From Squalus acanthias (taxonomy: Eukaryota): a DNA stretch of 64,000 bases. Location: positions 87,048,001 to 87,112,000 of the forward strand of contig CM059425.1 of assembly GCA_030390025.1 (NCBI GenBank). The letters run 5' to 3'. The notes beneath the pieces were generated by a model. It did not search any database and was not told the origin of the DNA. It was given only the letters and a program-made list of their open reading frames with translations. The translations under genes were made by a program, and so were the position numbers. Within the stretch, counting starts at the first letter, position 1; the number at the start of each line of letters is the position of its first letter. This document shows, piece after piece, positions 13,185 through 26,462 of the stretch.

Positions 13185-13585
13185 AAGGAGCCGGGATTAT
13201 TTTCCTTAGAGGAGGTTAAGGGGAGATTTAATAGAGGTGTTCAAAATTCTAAAGGGTTTTGATAGATAGGGAGAAATTGTTTCCACTGGTAGGAGGTACG
13301 ATAACCAGAAGACACAGATTTAAGGTAATTGGCAAAAGAACCAGAGGGGAGATGAGGAGAATTTTTTAAGTTGTTGTGATCTGGAATGCACTGCCTGAAA
13401 AGGCCTGGTGGAAGCAGATTTAATAGTAATGTTCAAAAGGGAATTGGATATATACTTGAAAAGGAAAAAATTACGGGGCTGTGGGGAAAGAGCGGGGGAG
13501 TGGGACTAATTGAATAACTCTTTCAAAGAGCCAGCACAGGCACGATGGGCTGAATGGCCTCCTTCTGTGCTGTAACTTTTTATGA
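13185..13585 (+). mobile_element. CR1-family 3' fragment (second subfamily)
   Basis: ggagatttaatagaggtgttcaaa...atctggaatgcactgcctgaaa...gggctgaatggcctccttctgtgctgta. Confidence 0.8.
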
Positions 13586-14819
13586 TATTTGTTGCTAGCT
13601 CTTCATTCTTCCATTTACTCAGTACAACCATATTTCCAGGTCACGTCAGCAAGAGAGAAACCCATGGGCATAAAGATGTCAGCTTATCTAAACGATCATC
13701 AAAGGATTCAGTTTAAAGATTCTAAACAAAGGCCTCTGAGATTCTAGAATACCTTGTTATCTTCTACCCAAGGAATAAATTGAAAGTGTAAGTGTAATAT
13801 TATTCTGTTTTCATGCTGCTTCTGGGTGAATTTCTTGTAATAAATTTGAGTTGTAGTTTTAGCCTGAATAATTTGTAGTGGTCTTCCACCTACTGAAAAG
13901 ATCAGGAACATACAGTGGGCATTCCATACAAATTCCGGTGCATATCCCAGTGACGCAAGGATATATTGTTACACCTGAGGCATGCTACTCTTATTCACTT
14001 TAAATTGCATATTCCAGATTATAGGGTGCTTGGTTTTCCTGTGGAAACTGCAATCGGTCGTGAACATGATTAAAGAGAGTTGGGAGAGGGCCCAAACTGC
14101 AACAATAGGTTCAGCCCAGCTCGGTACCTTCGACTTTAGTAACGACTGGTGCTGCATTTTATTATTGCTGCTTTCCATTTCCATCAGTTTCCCAGCTAGC
14201 GTTATATTACAGAAAGAAATCAAGGCAAATGAAGAAAAATGCATTCATTCCAAAGCACTAAAGCAGAGCATATAATGCAAGCCTGCAAAAGATAAATCAG
14301 CAAAATCGAAATCGTCAGAGCAGAAACACAACCTGTTTGCGGTTTCATTTATTGATTTATAATCGCTCTGTCTAAAGCAGGAGCGATGCTCTTGGATATC
14401 TTTCACTGTCCATGAGTAGCAGACGCAAACAAAAAAACATTTTTTTTATATCCTTGGCCTTGCAGCAGTGGAGTGGAGCAGAAAATGACACATGCAAACA
14501 ACATTCCAAAATAGGTTTCAGCAAAAGGAAGATGAAAAGAACACTGATAGAAATGGTTTAAAATAAAACAAGTGTTGGCAAGTGCTCTACTCTTTCTCTG
14601 GCTTTATACATTAGAGACTTGTACAGCTCTGTCCTGCTAAGATGAAAGAGTTGGACCAAGAAGCGTACGGCAGGATGATAGCTGAGTGACATTTCCCTTC
14701 CTTCTTTAGATTAGTTCAAAGGCACCAAGTAATGATGGCAAGCTCAGTTCCAATATGGTATCACTGATTCTTAGTGAAAGATAAAAGAAATGTCAAGGCT
14801 CTAGAGCAGAGTAGAGTTT

Positions 14820-16745
14820 TGGGTAAAAAAATAAGCAGAGTGGGTCAGGAAGGGACAGAGAGACTAACAAAGGTAATAGGGCATCAGTGACTAAGGTGAC
14901 ATCTATGAAAAATAGAAATAAGTCACAGCTAAAGGCACTATATCTGAATGCGTGAAGCATTCGCAACAAAATAGATGAATTAATAACGCAGATAGAAATT
15001 AACAGGTTTGATCTAATAGCCATTACAGAGATGTGGTTGCAAAGTGGCCAAGGTTGGGAACTAAATATTCCAGGATACTTAACTTTTAGAAGAGATAGGC
15101 AAAATGGAAAAGGAGGAGGGGTAGCCCTGATAATAAAGAATGGGATAAAGACAGTAGAGAGAAAAGATCTTAGCTCCGAAAATCAAGAAGTAGAATCAGT
15201 TTGGGTGGAGCTAAGAAACAGCAAGGGGCAGAAAACATTGGTGGGAGTTGTTTATAGGCCCCCAAACAGTAGTTGTAATGTAGGGCAGAGTATAAATCAG
15301 GAAATTAGAGGCACATGTAACAAGGGTAATACAATAATCATGGGGGACTTTAATCTACATATAGACTGGGCAAACCAAATTTGCAGTATTAGTGTGGAGA
15401 ACAAATTCATGGAGTGTATGCAAGATAGTTTTCCAGATCAGTGTGTTGAGGAACCAACTACGGAACAGGCTATTTTAGATCTAGTATTGTGTAATGAGAA
15501 AGGGTTAATTAATAACCTTGTAGTAAAGGGGCCTTTAGGGAAGAGTGACCATAATATGGTAGAATTTTATATTCAGTTTGAAAGTGATTTAGTTAAATCC
15601 AAAACTAGGGTCTTAATCTAAACAAAGCAAACTACGTAGGTATGAGGGGCGAGTTGGCTAAGGTAGATTGGGAAACTACATTGAAAGGCATGACGGTAGA
15701 CAAGCAATGGCTAGCATTTAAAGAATTAATACATAATTTACAACAAATATACATTCCTTTAAGGCACAAAAACCCCACAGGAAAAGTGGTCCAACCGTGG
15801 CTAACAAGAGAAGTTAAAGATAGTATTAGATCAAAGGAAAAGGCTTATAATGTTGCCAAAAAGAGTAGTAAACCTGAGGATTGGGAGGATTTTAGAATTC
15901 ATATTCAAATTGATAAAGGGAAAATAGAATGTGAGTAAACCAGCGAGAGACATAAAAACAGACTGTAAAAGCTTCTATAGGTAAGTAAAAAGGAAAAGAT
16001 TAGCGAAAGTAAATGTGGGTCCCTTACAGGCTGAGACAGGAGAAATTATAATGGGGAATAAGGAAATGGCAGAGAAATTATACAAATACTTTGTGTCTGT
16101 CTTCACGGAAGAAGACGCAAAAAACTTCCCAGAAATACGAGAATAAGGAACTGAAAGAAATTAGTATTAGTAAAAAAATAGTACTGGAGAAATTAATGGG
16201 ACTGAAAGCCTATAAATCCCCTGGACCTGATGGCCTACATCCTAGGGTTTTGAAAGAGGTGGCTATAGAGATAGTGGATGCATTGGTTGTCATTTTTCAA
16301 AATTCCACAGATTCTGGAACGGTTCCCGCGGATTGGAAGGCAGCAAATGTAACCCCACTATTTAAAAAAGGAGGGAGAAAACAGGGAACTACAGACCAGT
16401 TAGCCTGACATCAGTAGTAGGGAAAATGCTAGAATCTATTAAGGACGTGGTAACAGGGCACTTAGAAAATAATAATAGGATTGGGCAGTCAACACGGATT
16501 TATGAAAGGGAAATCGTGTTTGACGAATCAGTTAGAGTTTTTCTGAGGTTGTAACTAGCAGAATAGATAAGGGGGAACCAGTGGATGTGATGTATTTGGA
16601 TTTTCAGAAGGCATTCGATATGGTGCCACACAAGAGGTTATTAAACAAAATTAGGGCTCATGGGATTGGGGGTAATATGGATTCAGAATTGGTTAACGGA
16701 CAGAAAACAGAGAGTAGGAATAAACGGGTCATTTTCAGGTTGGCT
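14820..16745 (+). mobile_element. CR1 LINE ORF2 fragment: APE endonuclease plus start of RT, frameshifted; fused at its 3' end to a SINE tail
   Basis: AITEMWL...GYLTFRRDRQNGKGGGVAL, YRPPN, MGDFN, LDLVL, SDH, KSPGPDG, LDFQKAFD. Confidence 0.94.
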
Positions 16746-17625
16746 GTCACGTTTCCTACATTACAACAGTGACTACACTTCAAGTGAACATCATTGGCTG
16801 TAAAGCACTTTGGGACATCCTGAGGCAATGAAAGGTGCTATATAAATGCAAGATCTTTATTTCTATATGATCTAATTGCATGGCAGAACAGGCTCGAGGG
16901 GCTGAATGGCCTGCTGTTGTTCCTATGTTCCCTTCCCTGAAGGACATTAGTGAACCAGTTGGGTTTCTACAGCCACCCGGCAACTTACCAGCCCATCAGA
17001 TTTATTGAATTCAATTTCCTAACCTGAGCTGGTGGGATTTAAACTCTCATCCCCTAAACTCTGGAACTCCCTCAGTAAACCTCTCCGCCTCACTCTCCAA
17101 CTGTAAGATGCTACTTAAAACCTATCTCCTTGACCAAGCTATTGGTCACCCGTCCTAATATTTCCTTATGTGGCTCGGTGTCACATTTTGTTTGATAACG
17201 CTCCTGTGACACACTTTGGGACGTTTTACGATGTTAAAGGCGCTATATAAATGCAATGTTGTTGTTGCTAGTTCAGCACCATAACCACTAGGCTGCCATA
17301 CCATATGTCCCTTCTGTGTTTAGGATTGTGTATTAATCTGGAAATGGAAAGTCTGAGTTCTCTCCACATTTTTAGCACAGTACAATTCACTCTGGGACCT
17401 GTACCAAGCTGTTACCAGCACTAATCTTACCTTAAATATAGCTGAGGGGGTTAAAAAGACAGTTCCAAGGCTGGCTGTAGGGTTATGTATCATTTCAGTA
17501 CCTGGTCTGCTGCACATAAATAAAAGACAATGCATACAGCCACACGTGCACACAGATTGGTACTTTTAAAATAAGGCGTAATTATTACATCTCAAACAGA
17601 CCAGGGGTAAGGGATAAAAGTCACA

Positions 17626-17905
17626 TCCTGCCCTCTCAGGTGGCCGTAAAAGATCCCCTGGCACTATTTCGTAGAAGAGCAGGGGAGTTCTCTCTGGTGT
17701 CCTGGCCACTATCTATCCTGCAACAAACATCACTAAAAACAGATTTGGTCATGATCACATTGTTGCTTGTGGGAGCTTGCTGTGCTTAAATTGGCTGTCA
17801 TGTTTCCTACATTACAACAGAGACTTCAAAAGTACTTAATTGGCTGTAAAGTGCTTTGGGACGCCCTGAGGTGGTGAAAGACGCTGTGTAAATGCAAGTT
17901 CTTCT
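17626..17905 (+). mobile_element. Deu-domain SINE, 3' part
   Basis: ctgccctctcaggtggccgtaaaagatccc... through to tail. Confidence 0.85.
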
Positions 17906-19440
17906 TTCGTTATCACTATACTGAAACGCAGGTCACAGAAACCAGGCTGGCACTTGTAAATCATCTCTGGAAGAAGTGAAAAATGGACAGTTCAGAAAAA
18001 GGTAAAACCTCAATCATTTTTTTGTAGAACTGAGGACTACCATTGGGATCCTGCTTTGACAGATCTATGGGATTTATAGTGCGATAACATCCAGAACGCT
18101 TACTTACCTCTGCTGAGGGAGTAAAAACAAATTAAGCTAAAAATGTCAACCCAGCAGTATGAAACCGCTTCAATTCCTGCTGCCCTCTATAGCCATTAAA
18201 CACTGCCCCTACCTTACACACCAACAGAAACTCGCCCCCATATAGCCACTTCCCCACAAAGGAAACCGTGGGCCATACACGGACTACAGTTATAAAGGAG
18301 AGACCTGAGATAGTGGGAATATTTCTACCGCAGTGGATAAGAGATTTTTTTTTTAATGATGAAGGTTTTTTGATGAAGTGAATCAGGAAAGACTATTTCC
18401 ACTAGCAGGGAATTAATGAGGAGGGGGTTCTTCAACTCAAAATAGTCACTAAGAGAGTGAGGAGAGAGGAACTTATTTTTCAGAGGGTTGGCGTATGGAA
18501 TGCTTTGCCACTAGAAATGGTCTGGACTATTGCAGCTTTTAAGGGAAAAGTGGATAAATATTTGAAGATACTATATGAAGCAGAGGCTGAATGGCCTCCT
18601 TCTATGCTGCAACTTCTATAGACTGGTAGGATTATTATTTCTACATTAGATATTAAGAGTTTCTAAGCAGACAGCATTTAGCCTACTAATGTGGGTCCCA
18701 CTATGAGGTATTTAGTGGGGCATCCAAGGGAGTCGATGTAATGGATCGTTGGGAATTGGCTGTGCAAACAAAGATATGTTTTACTATTATGGTAAGTTAT
18801 CTTTCAAGTTAATACGGAGGTAAACTATTAACATTGGGCTCAGGGTGTCAGCTGTGGCTCAGTGGGTAGCACGATTGCCTCGGAGTCAGAAGGCTGAGTC
18901 CCACTCGAGCACATAATCCAGGCTGACACTCCAGTGCAGTACTTTTGGATGAGACGTTAAACGAAGGCCCCGTCGGCCCTCGCAGGTGGACGTAAAAGAT
19001 CCTCTGGCATTATATTGAAGAAAAGCAAGGGAGTTCTTTCTGGCCGTGTTTGTAGCTGAACTATGGCAGTGCACTGAATTTTATCAGTGCTTTGCTGTGT
19101 GGAATGTTACAGGAGAGCGCCGTATATGGAATAAGAAATGACCAGGTCCAAGTTGTCATTGCTTGTGGAGACTGACCTGACATTACGAAGAGTTCCTGAA
19201 CTAGCTACAGCCATGGAATCGGCAGCTTACCAGTAGTTCATAAAATCATACACCACAGGAGGAGGCCATTCGGCATGTAAAGCCTGTGAAAGAGCTCTCC
19301 AATTAGTCCCATTCCCCTGCTCTTTCCCCATAGCTCTGCAAATTTTTCCTTTTCAAGTATATATCCAATTCCCTTTTGAAAGTTACTATTGAATCTGCTT
19401 CCACCACCCTTTCAGGCAGTGCATTCCAGATCATCATAAC

Positions 19441-19990
19441 TGCGTACAGTTTTGGTCTCCATATTTAAGGAAGGATATACTTGCATTGGAGGCAGTGCAG
19501 AGAAGGTTCACTAGGTTGATTCCTGGGATGAAGGGGTTGACGTATGACGAAAGGTTGAGTAGGTTGGGCCTATACTCATTGGAGTTTAGAAGAATGAGAG
19601 GTGATCTTATTGAAACATATGAGATTCTGAGGGAGATTGACAGGGTGGATGCGGAGAGGATGTTTCCCCTAGTGGGGGTATCTAGAACTAGGGGGCATAG
19701 TTTCAGAATAAGGGGTCGCCCATTTAAGACGGAGATGAGGAGGAATTTCTTCTCTGAGGGTCATGAATCTTTGGAATTCTCTACCCCAGAGAGCTGTGGA
19801 GGCGGAGTCACTGAATATATTCAAGGGGAGATTGACAGACATTTGAACTACAAGGGAGTCAAGGGGTATGGGGAGAGAGCGGGAAAGTGGTGTTAAGGCC
19901 AAGATTGGATCAGCCATGATCTTATTGAATGGCGGAGCAGGCTCGAGGGGCCGATTGGCTGACTCCTGCTCCTGTGTTTTATGTTCTTTA
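19441..19990 (+). mobile_element. Young CR1 3' fragment inserted into an older minus-strand CR1-family 3' end (19240-19440 plus 19991-20230)
   Basis: 136-aa ORF piece VQRRFTRLIPGM...; flanking element resumes after the insertion. Confidence 0.9.
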
Positions 19991-20634
19991 TTTAACTCGC
20001 TGCGTAAAAACAATTTCCTCATCTCTCCTCTTTTTTTTTGCCAATGATTTTAAATCTGTGTCCTCTGGTTACCAATTCTCCTGCCAGTGGAAACAGTTTC
20101 TCCCTATCTACTCTATCAAACCCTTCATGATTATGAACACCTCTATTAAATCTCGCCTTAACCTTCTCTGCTCTAAGGAGAACAATCCAACTTCTCCAGT
20201 CTCTCCACATAACTGAAATCCCTCCTCCCTGTTAAATAATGTCTCGTTAAACGATTGAGCTAAAACTCAGCATCTCAAAGCACATTATATTCTCTGCTCT
20301 AAGGAGAACTGTATTTTCTCCTTGAAAATGCAAACCCAGCAGCTAAAGCAGAATTGATAATCGCCCACACCAGAGTTGTTTACAGGATGCGCAGGTTAAA
20401 GTTAGGACAGTAGCTGCTTCCAGTGATAAGCAAACTCCTTGTTTCAAGTTCTCTTTTTTTACGAAAAGATCAATAGTAATCATGATGATGGAGAAGATAA
20501 ATCGACTTTACCTAGTCGCACTGCTGATAATGTTAGAAGTGACCCAGGTGAACAGAAATATCGTTACTCAGCTGTAGATTGTTTACCTTTAGACATACTT
20601 GTGTGATGAATACACAAGATTGGAAAGAGCAAGG

Positions 20635-23467
20635 AACAAACATGCATTTATGTGGTGCCTTTCGATTCCTCAGGATTTCCCACAGCCAATGAATTACTTT
20701 CTGTAGTGTAGTCACTTTTATTTTTGTACACAACGTGGCAGCCAGTCTGTGCACAGCAAGATCCCACAAACAGCAATCAGATGAATAACCAGTTTTTACG
20801 CTTTGATGGTGTTGAGGGATAAACGTTGGCCAGGAGACAGGGAGAACTCCCCTGCTCAGAGAAGCCCATGGGATCTTTTACATCCACCTGAACAGGTCGA
20901 TGGGGCCTCGTTAAGCACCTCCAACAGTACTGCACTCCATCAGTACCGCATTGAAGAGCCAGACTAGGTTATATGCTCAAGTCTTGGAATAGGACTTAAC
21001 CCTAACCTAATGAGAGCACTTCAACTGAGCCAACCTGACACTTGGGTTAAGGTAAGAGCAGTAACACCAAGCCAAGTTGACACTTGATTAGGTACTATCC
21101 CAAAGAGTGGTGAGAATGTGGCACTCGCTACCACAGGGAGTGGTTGAAGCGAATAGTATAGATGCATTTAAGAGGAGGCTAGACAAGCATATAAGGAAAA
21201 GGGAATAGAGGGTTATGCTGATAGATTTAGATGAGGAAATACGGGAGGAGGCTCGTGTGGAGCATAAATGCCAGCATGGACTGGTTGGGCCGAATGGCCT
21301 GTTTCTGTGCCGGATATCCTATGTATCCAACTCATTTTAACTGTACATACTAGTTAAACAATTGGAAAAAAGTAAAAAAAAAAGAACTTGCCTTTATATA
21401 GCGTCTTTCACAACCTTAGGACATCCCAAAGCGCTTCACAGCCAATGAAGTACTTTTCAGTATAGTCACTGTTGTAATGTAGGGAACGCAGCTGCCAATT
21501 TGCAAACAGTAAGGTCCCACAAACAACCAAGAGATAAATGACCAGATCATTTTTTTAGTGATGTTGTTTGAGGGATAAATATTGGCCAGGACACTGGGAA
21601 GAACTCCCATGTTCTTCTTCAAAATAGTGCCACGGGATATTTTATGACCACCTGAGAGCAGACGGGGCCTCGGTTTAACGTCTCACCCGAAAGACAGCAC
21701 CTCCGACAGTGCGAGTATGTGGGTGCGTTTATGAGTGTGGGTGTCCACACACCCGCACCCATTGGTTTATTGACTGGCAAATCCTTACTAGCTACCTGCT
21801 TTCGTAGCACCACCTGAGATCCGGAGGCCATTGAGTACTCACACTTCTTGTTTTCCATTTCCTATTTTAATGAACGTTTCTGCCTTAATGTTGTAGTCTT
21901 GACCTTGGACCCTTCCTGCTGAATTAAAGAACTTTTAGAATTTCCAGAAGGAAAAAAACCCATAAAACTCCAAAGAATTAACTAAGCCACTAATTAGAGT
22001 ATAAAGTCTTTTATTTTACCAGCCAAAGACAACTATAATTACAATTGCAGAACACCAGATAATGGCTGGTAGCAACGGCATCAGCTTCAGGCTCCACATG
22101 TTTCAGGCTCCAGGCAAGACAACAGACAGCAAACGGCTCCAGGCTCAGCAACGTGCTTTGGCAGGCCCCAATTCTGGTTTCCTCCTGCCTCGTACTGCAC
22201 ATGCATGCCCGACCGATCGAGTGCGCATGCGCAGTACCGAAGCGATCTTCAGGCTCCCCAAACGGGGGAGAATGCGCAGAAGGACGGATAGACCTTGCAA
22301 ATAATCACTCAAGAAACACAGCAGCCAATTTGCACACAGCAAGGTCCCACAAACAATGAGATACTGACCCGATAATGTCTTTTTTAGTAATGTTGGTTGA
22401 GGGATAAATGTTGGCCAGGAGTCCCATGCTCTTCTTCGAAAGAGTGCCATGGGATCTTTTACGTCCAGCCAAGAGGGCAGATTAGTTTAATGTCTCATCC
22501 AAAAGGTGGCAGTGCTCCCTCAGTATGGCACTGGCGTGTCAGCCTAGATTTTGAGCTCAGTTCTCTGGAGTGGGACTTGAACCCATGACCTCTGATTCAG
22601 AGGTGAGCGTGCTACCAAATGAGCCACAACTGACACCAAGTAAATTGATAGAATAATTGCTTGCCTAGTGGAAAAGAACTGCTTGGATCTCGTGTCATGC
22701 AATCTACCCGACAGTCGCTTCCATGGCCTCGCCCCTCCCTATCTCTGTAACCTCCTCCAGCCCAACAACTCTCCGAGATCTCGGCGTTCCCCCAATTCTG
22801 GCCTCTTGCGCATCCGCAATCTTCATCGCTCCACCATTGGTGGCTGTGCCTTCAGCTTCCTCGGCACAAAGCTCTGGAATTCCCTCCCTAAACCTCTCCA
22901 CCTCGCTCTCTTGCTTCCTTTAAGACGCTCCTTAAATAATCTCTCTCGGTCACCTGTCCTAGTATCTCCTTAGGTGGCTCAGTGTCAATATTTGCTTGAC
23001 AACACTCCTGAGAGGCGCCCTGGGATGTTAAAGGTGCTATAAAGGCACAAGTTGTTTGGCAATGTTGTTTGAAAGAAAAAAAAGACTTGCATTTCTATAG
23101 TGCCTTTCACAACCACTGGACGTCCCAAAGCGCTTTACAACCAATAAAGTACTTTTTGAAGTGCAGTCACTGTTGTAATGTGGGAAACATGGCAGCCATT
23201 TTGCGCACTGCAAGCTCCCAAAAACAGCAATGTTATAACGACCAGATAATCTGTTTTAGTGATGTTGATTGAGGGATAAATATTGGCCAGGACACCGGGG
23301 ATAACTCCCATGCTCTTCTCCGAAATAGTGCCATGGGATCTTTTATGTCCACTTGAGAGAGCAGACGGGGCCTCGGTTTAATGTCTCATCCGAAAGACGG
23401 CACCTCCGACAGTGCAGCACTCCCTCAGCACTGCACTGAAGTGTCAGCCTAGATTTTTGTGCTCAAG
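20635..23467 (-). mobile_element. Cluster of Deu-domain SINEs (20635-21040, 21383-21712, 22310-22635, 23075-23467) with CR1 (21095-21325, +) and L2 (22717-23055, +) 3' ends
   Basis: Direct similarity to the other copies in the window. Confidence 0.85.
22192..22237. promoter_or_regulatory. NRF1-type palindrome TGCGCATGCGCA (22222-22233) with an inverted degenerate partner, in a small CpG-rich non-repeat patch
   Basis: gtactgcacatgc...gcatgcgcagtac. Motif match only; function untested. Confidence 0.35.
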
Positions 23468-23580
23468 AAAGACTGCTGTGAGTAAGGGGCTCATGTGAAT
23501 GAATTTGGCGCTGGGTTATGGGAGTTTGAAAAAACATTCAGGCATGAAACCTTTTTGGAATTGTAAATCAGTTGCACATG

Positions 23581-24498
23581 TTTATTGAGGACTCAAGCAT
23601 GATGTCTTTCAGAACGTAGAGAGTTTGTAGCGGAGGCAGAGAAGCAGGAAAGTACATGCATCAAATCTAGTCAGCATTAACCTGAGACGTGCTGATTAAG
23701 AGGGGATGATGCAAAATGTTGATGAATACACCGCTGTGTAAGGGACCGGCTCAAACTGGACCCATGGAACTGTGCAGACTGGAAGAGACGTTATTATGCA
23801 GGAATTTTTATCCTGAACGTTTTGCTGCTGATATCAAGCATCAGATAGTTGGAAAGGCCCCAGTTCTCTGGGGACTGTTGAGAACTGGCTGTGAAACTAT
23901 GGCACTGTGTAGAATCTAAAATGCCCTTTACCATTCTGGCGAGTTTTGGGCCGGCTTTCAATTAGCAAACTATAACAAAGTCTGATCACAATGCAGTGGC
24001 TAGCCCGCGGAACTCCACGCGGTTTGGTCACGCCAGAACCCACTCCCCTCACCGTGCAGGCTATCCACCACTGCGAATTGATGCCTCTTCCATGCAGAAG
24101 ACTCCCTTACCCATGCAGTACAAAGATGTTGTTTTTATTTTAAAAAGGAAAAATTCTCGAAGGTTTTTGTTAAAATCCTAATTTTAAAACGTACAAATTG
24201 GGTGACTTTGTGTGATGTTTGTTATATTTGCAAAGCAGGCCTCTGTAATCTGTTGCTGAATCTGCTGCTTGATAAAAGTTCAGAGACCAGCCTTAGTGTT
24301 TTATTTATCTGTTCAGCATTTCAGTACCTCTCCCACCTTCATAAATTAAATAAAAGAAGCTTGCAGGTCTTCCCAGTACTTTACGAGCAGATTGAGGCAT
24401 GTCTTCTCATGCATCAGCAATGATCGTTGTTCAGTCTTGAGAAGCAATTGCAAAAAAAAAAATCAAAACGGGTATTGAGTCGCATACACCGTCTTATT
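23581..24498 (-). other. Probable EXD2 3' UTR with candidate AATAAA signals at 24305-24300, 24139-24134 and 23586-23581
   Basis: Repeat-free sequence after the stop codon; TTTATT on the + strand at these positions. The signal actually used cannot be determined from sequence. Confidence 0.55.
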
Positions 24499-24715
24499 TC
24501 ACGTCAACTCGATCTTTAAGTTCTCCCCATACTTGCGGACGAGCTTGCTGTGATTGTGAACCACGGACCACAGGAGCGGCAGGTGCCGGGGCCGCATGTA
24601 GTCCAGGAAGTGCTGTCGCCAGCGTTTCTCCAAAGACATCAGGGCTGGGAGCCCACCAACGGCGCAAGACTGAGTCACCTTCAGACCATGAGGGACGTAG
24701 CTCTCGTTGAATATC
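24499..24715 (-). CDS. EXD2: EXD2 last coding exon: IFNESYVPHGLKV...RWRQHFLDYMRPRHLPLLWSVVHNHSKLVRKYGENLKIELT*
   Basis: Polypyrimidine acceptor ccctccag|G; TGA stop at 24501-24499; C-terminus matches EXD2. Confidence 0.97.
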
Positions 24716-25715
24716 CTGGAGGGAGGGAAAGAGAGAGGGGCAGATTGAAGAATTGGGAGATCTGCAGGGTCATTCTGTCCATATATCAAACATCATATTA
24801 AAATGTGGAAGCTCGAGGGAGTACATATGGGAGAAAGAAATCGAAGGTTATAATGATAGTGCTAGATGGTGTAGGGTGGGAGGAGGTTCATGTGGAGCAT
24901 AAACACCGGCACAGACTGTTGGGCTGAATGGCCTGTTTCTGTGCTGTATATTCTATGTAATTTTAATTATGAATTTAAAGGACAGCGATATCACTTTTAG
25001 GGAAGGCAAAACTTCCCAATCGAGGCCCCAGTGACAACATCAAAGAAAAGCTTCCTCTGCTCTGCCCCCAACAACACGCCTTTGTCTCAAACCTTGGAAC
25101 ACCCTGTTATGTGCCAACGTGACATTTCCATTTCCCATACCAATCACTTTATGGCTTCAGTGAGACAAACAAGACTTTGGCCACTCAGAACCAGGCTAAA
25201 GATCTGTGGAGGATTATTTCTAGCCCGCCTGCCGTGCACACAGGTCACCATCTACAGAAATCAGTCTCCATACAGGGAAAGGGGAAATCATAGAATCTTA
25301 CAGCACAGCAGGCCGCCGTTTGGCCCATTGTGCCTGTGTCAGCTCTTTGAAAGAGCTCTCCAATTAGTCTCACTCCCCTGCTCTTTCCCCATAGCCCTGA
25401 AAATTTCTCCTTTAAGTATTTAGCCAATTCCCTTTTGAAAGTTACTATTGAATCTGCTTCCACCCCCCTTTCAGGCAGTGCATTCCAGATCATAACAACT
25501 CATCAAGTAAAAAACCTGTGTCCTCTGGTTACCGACCCTCCTGCCAGTGGAAACAGTTTCTCCCTATCTACTCTATCAGAACCCCTCATCATTTTGAACG
25601 CCTCTATTAATTCTGCTCTGCTCTAAGGAGAACACAGAACTGAAGTCCCTCATCCCTGTTAAATAATGTCTCCCATTAAAGAACTGAGTCAAAACTCAGC
25701 GTCTCAAAGCACATT

Positions 25716-26462
25716 GGCCCAAAAATTCGGCCCTTCCCAGGTGAGTACACAGTCCGTACTCACCCGTATTGCTTCCCGAAGTGCCGGTTTCCTGCATGCA
25801 TGGGAAACCGAAACTTCCGGTATGGTGAAGGGGGCGGTTCCTAGGTGAACCGCGTGCGCGCTAGAGGCTGCGCGCACGCAGCACACTTAGATTTTTTTTC
25901 AGGTTTCTACGCGAGGGTAAGTATTGAAGATACTACGCTAATAAAAAGGAGGCATAAGAACCCTTTTGAACAAGGTAAGTGGTTAATTAAGTATAATTTT
26001 TTAAAAAATTCAACAGGTTTATCTTTTTTAGAGACTTTAAAGAAAGGTAAGTTTATTTTTATAACTTTTAAAAAGTATTTTAATTTTTTCAAAAATGTAA
26101 ATTTTTGTTTAAAGTGGTTAATTTATTTAACTATAGTTATTTTATAAATGTGATGGTTTTTTTTTAAATTTATTATAAGTTTAGTTGTTCTTTTGGGGCC
26201 GATTTCAATTCACAGATTTGACAGGTCTCCTGTCAAATCTATGAATGAAAGATGGTCTGCTGCCATTGGCTCTCCATGGCCCACGTGATCCCAGGGGTCG
26301 CATCGCACTAACTGCGCCCCTGGAACACGCAAGCACTGTGCAGTTGGGAGAGGCCCAGGACCCGAAGTTCCCGTGGGCCCAAAACACAACGGCAGGTGCG
26401 GTGGGTAAGAGCGCGCGCGATCCTTACCCCCGCGGCAAGCCGGACACGCGAATTTCTGGGCC
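25716..26462. mobile_element. MITE, PIF/Harbinger-like, copy 1
   Basis: TIRs GGCCCAAAAATTCG / CGAATTTCTGGGCC; att/aat flanks; homologous to 52195-52966. Confidence 0.8.

Noticed and set aside
13969-14275. Overlapping 91-aa and 97-aa ORFs, or exons of the tetrapod syntenic neighbour GALNT16
   Set aside because: No similarity to any protein I recognise, and no GALNT motifs were seen in 1-24000.
15031-16772. Host endonuclease or reverse-transcriptase gene
   Set aside because: It is a frameshifted, stop-containing CR1 ORF2. No LINE in the window is intact.
20511-20571. Candidate minus-strand exon (ctacag|...|gtaaag)
   Set aside because: Stops occur in all three frames and the acceptor is weak; it is unsupported without RNA data.
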